DNA of 64,000 nucleotides from Chlorokybus atmophyticus (taxonomy: Eukaryota; Plantae; Mesostigma and Chlorokybus algae). Below are positions 59,415-64,000 of the stretch, in pieces (within the stretch, counting starts at the first letter, position 1; each line of letters opens with the position of its first letter). The stretch is taken from the NCBI GenBank assembly GCA_009103225.1, contig RHPI01000277.1:878103-942102 (forward strand), given 5' to 3'. The notes below the pieces were generated by a model. That model worked only from the letters and a program-made list of their open reading frames with translations, did not search any database and had not been told where the DNA came from. Made by a program: the position numbers and the translations under genes.

Positions 59415-62400
59415 CCCCTTCCCCCCCGGGGGAGCTTCGTCCTCGAAGCTGACGACTGCCTCCTCTGGCCTTGTAGTCTTGAAAGACCTGTTTGGCATTG
59501 GTAAAGCTCTCCTCGGGCTCGTATGTCGCCTCGTGCATTGGATAGCCACGCCACTTCACCAAATACTTGCGCACGCCTCGGATCAGCTTGTCCGTGACAA
59601 TTGCTTCCACTTCCCACTCAGCCTCACCTTCACGAACCACATCTGGAGGCGGACGAGCTGGTGGCTCCCCTCGATAACCTTTAAGAAGCGAGACATGAAA
59701 AACAGGGTGCACATGCATGGTATTGGGCAGCTCCAGCTTGTAGGCCACCTTCGAGATGACCTTGATCACTTTAAAGGGCCCAAACCATCGCTCACTCAGC
59801 TTGCGCACCCCCGTGACCAGCTGCACATGCTTGGTTGAAAGCATTACAAGGTCACCCTCCTCGAACACAACATCCTTGCGACGCGCATCGGCGTATTGCT
59901 TTTGCCGGTTTTGCGCCACAAGCAGAGCCTCTCGAGCTGCCTTGGTAATGTCGGCACACCTTTCAAGAAAGCCGTCCACGGCCTCCACATCTGAACTTTG
60001 CATGCTAGGCACCCACGCCGTCAATGGCGTCAATGGATGTTGCCCATAGTTCATAAGGAAAGGTGTCACGCCCGTGCTTGCACTCTTGTGGTTGTTAATG
60101 GTGAACTCAATCAGCTCCAGCATGTCTCCCCAATTGTCTTGGCGGCTGTTCACATAGCACCGTAGCATGTCTTCGATGACGCGGTTGGCGCGCTCCGTTT
60201 GGCCGTCCGTTTCAGGGTGGTACGCGGTGCTGAACTTCAAGCTCGTGCCTAGAGTTGCGTGGAGAGCTCTCCAAAAGTTGCCAGTAAACCGCGGGTCTCT
60301 ATCACTGATAATGCTTCTTGGAAGGCCATGAGAGCGCACCACATGCTTGATGAACAACTTGGCAGCCTCGGGAGCTGTGCAAGTCTCCGTACATGGCGCC
60401 AATCGCACCATTTTGCTAGTCTTGTCCACAAACACCAAGATAGCATCATGCCCTTCACGTGTCCGTGGCAGCCCCGTGATGAAGTCAAGAGTAACTTGCT
60501 CCCACTTCGTCAAAGGTATCGGCAATGGTTGGAGCAGCCCACTGGCGCGTTGATTGCTCGCCTTCACCCTTTGACAAGTGTCGCACAATGCCACATAGTC
60601 CTTAACGTCACGATGCATCTCCGACCAGAAAAATTTCTGTTTCAACAAGGCTAGTGTCCGTTCCAGCCCTTGATGACCAGCCATTGGCACATCATGCGCT
60701 TCCTTCATCAATGCCACGCGCATGTGCGCAATGTTGGGTATGTACATGCGATCGCCATGCCATAGCAGCCCGTCCTTCAATGCCCAAAGGCCGCTATGTT
60801 CAGTCCCATTCTCCAACGCCTCAATGGTCTTCTCCCCCACCGCGTCCTCATGCAATAAGGCACGGATCTGGTCAAGCCACTTGGGCTGCACTTGCACCAC
60901 CGTTTCAAGCGCGTTGAGTTGACGGCTTAATGCGTCCGCAACCTTATTTGAAGAGCCCGGCTTGTACTTCACTTCAAAGTCGAAGAGTTGGAAGAACTCG
61001 AGCCAACGAGCTTGCCGCCGTGAGAGGTGAGGCTGCGTTTGAAGGTACCTTAATGGCGAGTGGTCCGTCTCAAGTGTGAACCGCTTGCCTTCAAGGAAAC
61101 AACGCCATTGCCGTAGCGCTAGCACCTGCGCCAGCAATTCCTTCTCATGAACGGGGTAGTTGAGCTCAGCCCCGCTCATCTTCTTGCTGAAATAGGCCAC
61201 CGGTTGCAAGCCGTTGCCGTGATCCTGCTGCAAAACAGCCCCAATAGCCTTGTCGGACGCATCACACGCCACCACAAAGGGCAATTGCATGTTGGGATGC
61301 AGCAGCACGGGAGCCGATGTCAGGGCCTCTTTCAAGTCGGAAAATGCCTTTGTTGCAGCCTCCGACCAGCTCCAAGCCACCCCCTTCCTCAACAATGCCG
61401 TCAATGGTGCCGCCAAGTGCGAAAAGCCCTTTACAAACTTACGATAGTAGCCGGCAAGCCCTAGGAACGACATGACACCCTTCACGTCCTTCGGGGCAGC
61501 CCAATCGCGCACCGCGGCAAGCTTGCTTGGATCTGCCTTGATTCCTTGCTTGGATACAATGTGGCCAAGGTATTCTACCTCTTCAAGCAAGAAGCGGCAC
61601 TTGTTGAGCTGAGCAAACAACTTGTGTGTACGTAAACGCTGCATCACCTCGTGTAGCAATGCCACGTGCTCTCTCTTGCTCTTTGTGTACACAAGGATGT
61701 CGTCGAGGTACACTAGCACGCCCTTGCCAATCAGATCAGCAAAGACCTCATTCATCAAGGTTTGAAAGGTTGCCGGAGCATTTGTCATGCCAAAGGACAT
61801 CACCAACCACTCATAGTGGCCATAGCGAGTGTTGAAAGCCGTCTTCTCAACGTCTTCGGGCGCAACACGGATCTGATGGTAGCCACCAGCTAGGTCCAAG
61901 CTTGAGAAGAACTCAGCACCCTCGAGCTGCTCCAACAACTCATCAATGCGTGGCAAAGGGAACACATTCTTCTTGGTGATGTTGTTGAGTGGCCGATAGT
62001 CGATGCACATGCGCAAGGCTCCGCTCTTCTTACGTACAAATAGGATAGGTGCACCGTAAGGAGACTTGCTGTGCCTGATGTACCCACGTTGTAGAAGGTC
62101 CTCGACTTGGCTCCTCGCCTCTTCGAGTTCAGCCGGAGACAACTTGTACACCGGTCGGTACGGCGGCTTGTGCACGCCCTCTATCAGTTCCACACGGTGA
62201 TCAACACTTCGCGTGGGTGGCAGACCAGCTGGTAGCCCATCCACCATGACGTCTTTGAACTCTTCAAGCAACCTCTGCACCTCGGGGTCCTTCGAACTCT
62301 CCGAACCAGTGCCGACCAGCTCCAAGTCCGACTTGGGAGGTGTCTCACGCACCATGCACAGCCATGCATCCTTCACATTGTTCCCGGACCAGATCTGCTC

Positions 62401-63136
62401 CATCTTGGTCTTAGAAACTTGTGACACCAGCTCTGGAACCCCTCCCCTTGAGCTAGAAGCATGTTGTGGTGCAGCTTGCTGGCGCGCCGTCGTGTCGTGC
62501 GCGTCACGCGCATGCAGCACATTGCTAGCAGCCTCGACGCAGCTCACACGCTCTTGAACCACACACGCGCCTTGCATTGAAGCATTGAAGCACATCAAAA
62601 CCTCACCACCAGCTTCCGGGGTAGTGAGCACCCGCTTCCTCCAATCAATGGCGGGGTTATGTGACCAAAGCCAAGGCAGCCCCAAAATGCCATCAAAGCC
62701 GTTGTTCAGCTCGATGCAGCAAAACCGTAGGCGATCCTTCATCATCCCCACGTGCATTTCAAGCTCTTTGCTTTGCTTGGAAGCTCCTCCTGCTGGCGCA
62801 TAGCCGTCCGCTAGAGCCACCGAGCCGGCATTTGCCCATGACAACCACTTGTGCCGACGCGCAACCTCACGACTCATGAAATTGCTGTTCGCGCCGCAAT
62901 CCATCCACCAGCATCTTGCACTCCATCCATGGCCCATTGCCCTCACGGATCGGAGCCATGACTCCCAACAGCTGCCTCGCCTTGTCGGGCACTCGAACCA
63001 TACCGCTTTGCGTTGCCATTGCGCACATGCCGCCAACCGTCAACAACGCTTCCGCGCCAGCCGCTGGACATTCAACATCATAGTGAGGCTGCATCACCAC
63101 CTCAGCAGGAGCCTCTCCAGCTACTGAGGTGAGCCG
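59410..63136 (-). CDS. pol: protease, RT, RNase H, integrase, chromodomain (one frameshift in protease)
   Basis: LVD/CGANSNF; LRMCIDYRPLN; YLDD; VACDASDKAIGAVL; HHCC zinc finger; VTLDFITGLP, ISDRDPRF, DGQTER; GPF; chromodomain EWEVEAIVTDKLIRGVRKYLVKWRGYPMHEATYEPEE. The stop TAA lies inside the LTR. A 4-bp duplication at 62899-62906 breaks the frame. Confidence 0.93.
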
Positions 63137-63142
63137 TTTCCC
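63095..63142 (-). promoter_or_regulatory. -1 programmed ribosomal frameshift signal (gag to pol)
   Basis: In-phase slippery heptamer G GGA AAC (63142-63136), followed after a short spacer by stem-loop CACCTCAGTAG...CTGCTGAGGTG; the -1 frame is open into the protease. Confidence 0.8.
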
Positions 63143-64000
63143 GGCTGCAACATCTCCTCCTCCACCATGTTCACGCGTCCACCGCTGCGAGCGTTGCGGG
63201 CATGTGCAGCAGACTTTGCCTTATAGATAGGGCAGTTGGAGCGCACGTGATCAGCAGAAGAGCACTCCCAGCACTTCCGAACAGCCTTGGCAGCCTCCCG
63301 ACCCTTTGGGGCCTTCATAGCAACATGGAGCGCACCCAATTCCATTGGAGTTGGTCCCAAGCCAGCCCCCTGAGTTGCTGCAGCTCCCGAACCAGCCCCA
63401 ACAGATGCGTATGAGCGATACGAACCTCCACGGAAGTGATTGTAATGTCCACGATCAGTGTTTTTGGCAGCCCCCTTGAAGTACAACACGTCCGTGCGCT
63501 CAGCAATGCGAATGGCCTCCGCGAGAGTCTTGGCGTCACGAAGCTCAACTTCCTTGCGACAAAGAGTCTTCAACCCGCGCGTGTAGCAGTCCAGCTGCTC
63601 CTCCTCAGTCATGTTCGGTACAGAGAGCACAAGACGCTGAAACGCAGAGGTATAGGCCATCACGGACTGCGTTTGCACAAGCGTAGAGAGCTGGTCGCGT
63701 GCCGTCTTCACACTCTCCACCGGTACGAACTGTTTCTTCACCTCAGCAGCCAGCTCAGCCACGGTAGTGAAAGGAACAAGACCAGCTTCCACACAAGCAC
63801 AACAATGACGCCACCACACAAGTGCAGCTCCCGCAAAGAAAGTAGCCGCCACATCGACACAGAGATGTATAGGTACCTCGGTGAGCTTTAACCATGTCGA
63901 AACGGCAAACACCCCTTCCTCCACACAGTCACCGTCCCTCTGACCCTTGAATGGCTTTGGTTTTGGTAGCTTCACATGACGAGAGGCTGATGGGGCAACC
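63121..64000 (-). CDS. gag (Ty3 capsid/retrotransposon gag plus zinc knuckle), N-terminus outside the window
   Basis: KLPKPKPFKGQRD..., QLSTLVQTQSVMAYTSAFQRL, YTRGLK, PTPMELG, CWECSSADHVRSNC; frame is open to the window edge. Confidence 0.92.
   Translation of the reverse strand, partial: VAPSASRHVKLPKPKPFKGQRDGDCVEEGVFAVSTWLKLTEVPIHLCVDVAATFFAGAALVWWRHCCACVEAGLVPFTTVAELAAEVKKQFVPVESVKTARDQLSTLVQTQSVMAYTSAFQRLVLSVPNMTEEEQLDCYTRGLKTLCRKEVELRDAKTLAEAIRIAERTDVLYFKGAAKNTDRGHYNHFRGGSYRSYASVGAGSGAAATQGAGLGPTPMELGALHVAMKAPKGREAAKAVRKCWECSSADHVRSNCPIYKAKSAAHARNARSGGRVNMVEEEMLQPGNGSPQ

Larger units (their letters stand above)
58776..64000 (-). mobile_element. Ty3/Gypsy chromovirus, nearly intact, truncated by the window end
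   Basis: 3' LTR 59414-58776 (TGTAACA...CTAACA) preceded by PPT GGGGGGGAAGGGG; gag and pol domains all present in order. Confidence 0.95.

Overview
Eukaryotic, intron-rich (GT-AG, ~80-500 bp introns) nuclear DNA of a green alga (Viridiplantae; chlorophyte versus early-diverging streptophyte cannot be decided from this window). It uses the standard genetic code and is a draft assembly with two N-gaps and two single-N joins. The left ~45 kb is host genic: mitochondrial-type cytochrome c peroxidase, a DUF662/RAB6-interacting-golgin-like coiled-coil protein, an F-box/RNI-LRR protein, peroxisome-tagged (SKL) o-succinylbenzoate-CoA ligase (MenE/AAE14), an HflX GTPase, an unidentified protein, an HMGA-like AT-hook protein and three tandem XYPP glycine/proline-rich genes (one intact, two decaying). 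A decayed pogo DNA transposon there carries a nested miniature LTR element (79-bp LTRs, 5-bp TSD, three 270-bp internal repeats, tRNA-type A/B boxes). The right ~18 kb is a nest of retroelements. The oldest is a degenerate Ty3/Gypsy element whose polyprotein encodes protease, a C5-cytosine DNA methyltransferase, RT, RNase H, integrase and a PHD finger; this is the most notable feature. It is interrupted by a 2-kb non-coding insertion, a non-autonomous Copia element primed by a tRNA-iMet half, and a nearly intact chromovirus with a -1 frameshift signal that runs off the window end. All coordinates and identities were read by eye; no database searches were run.
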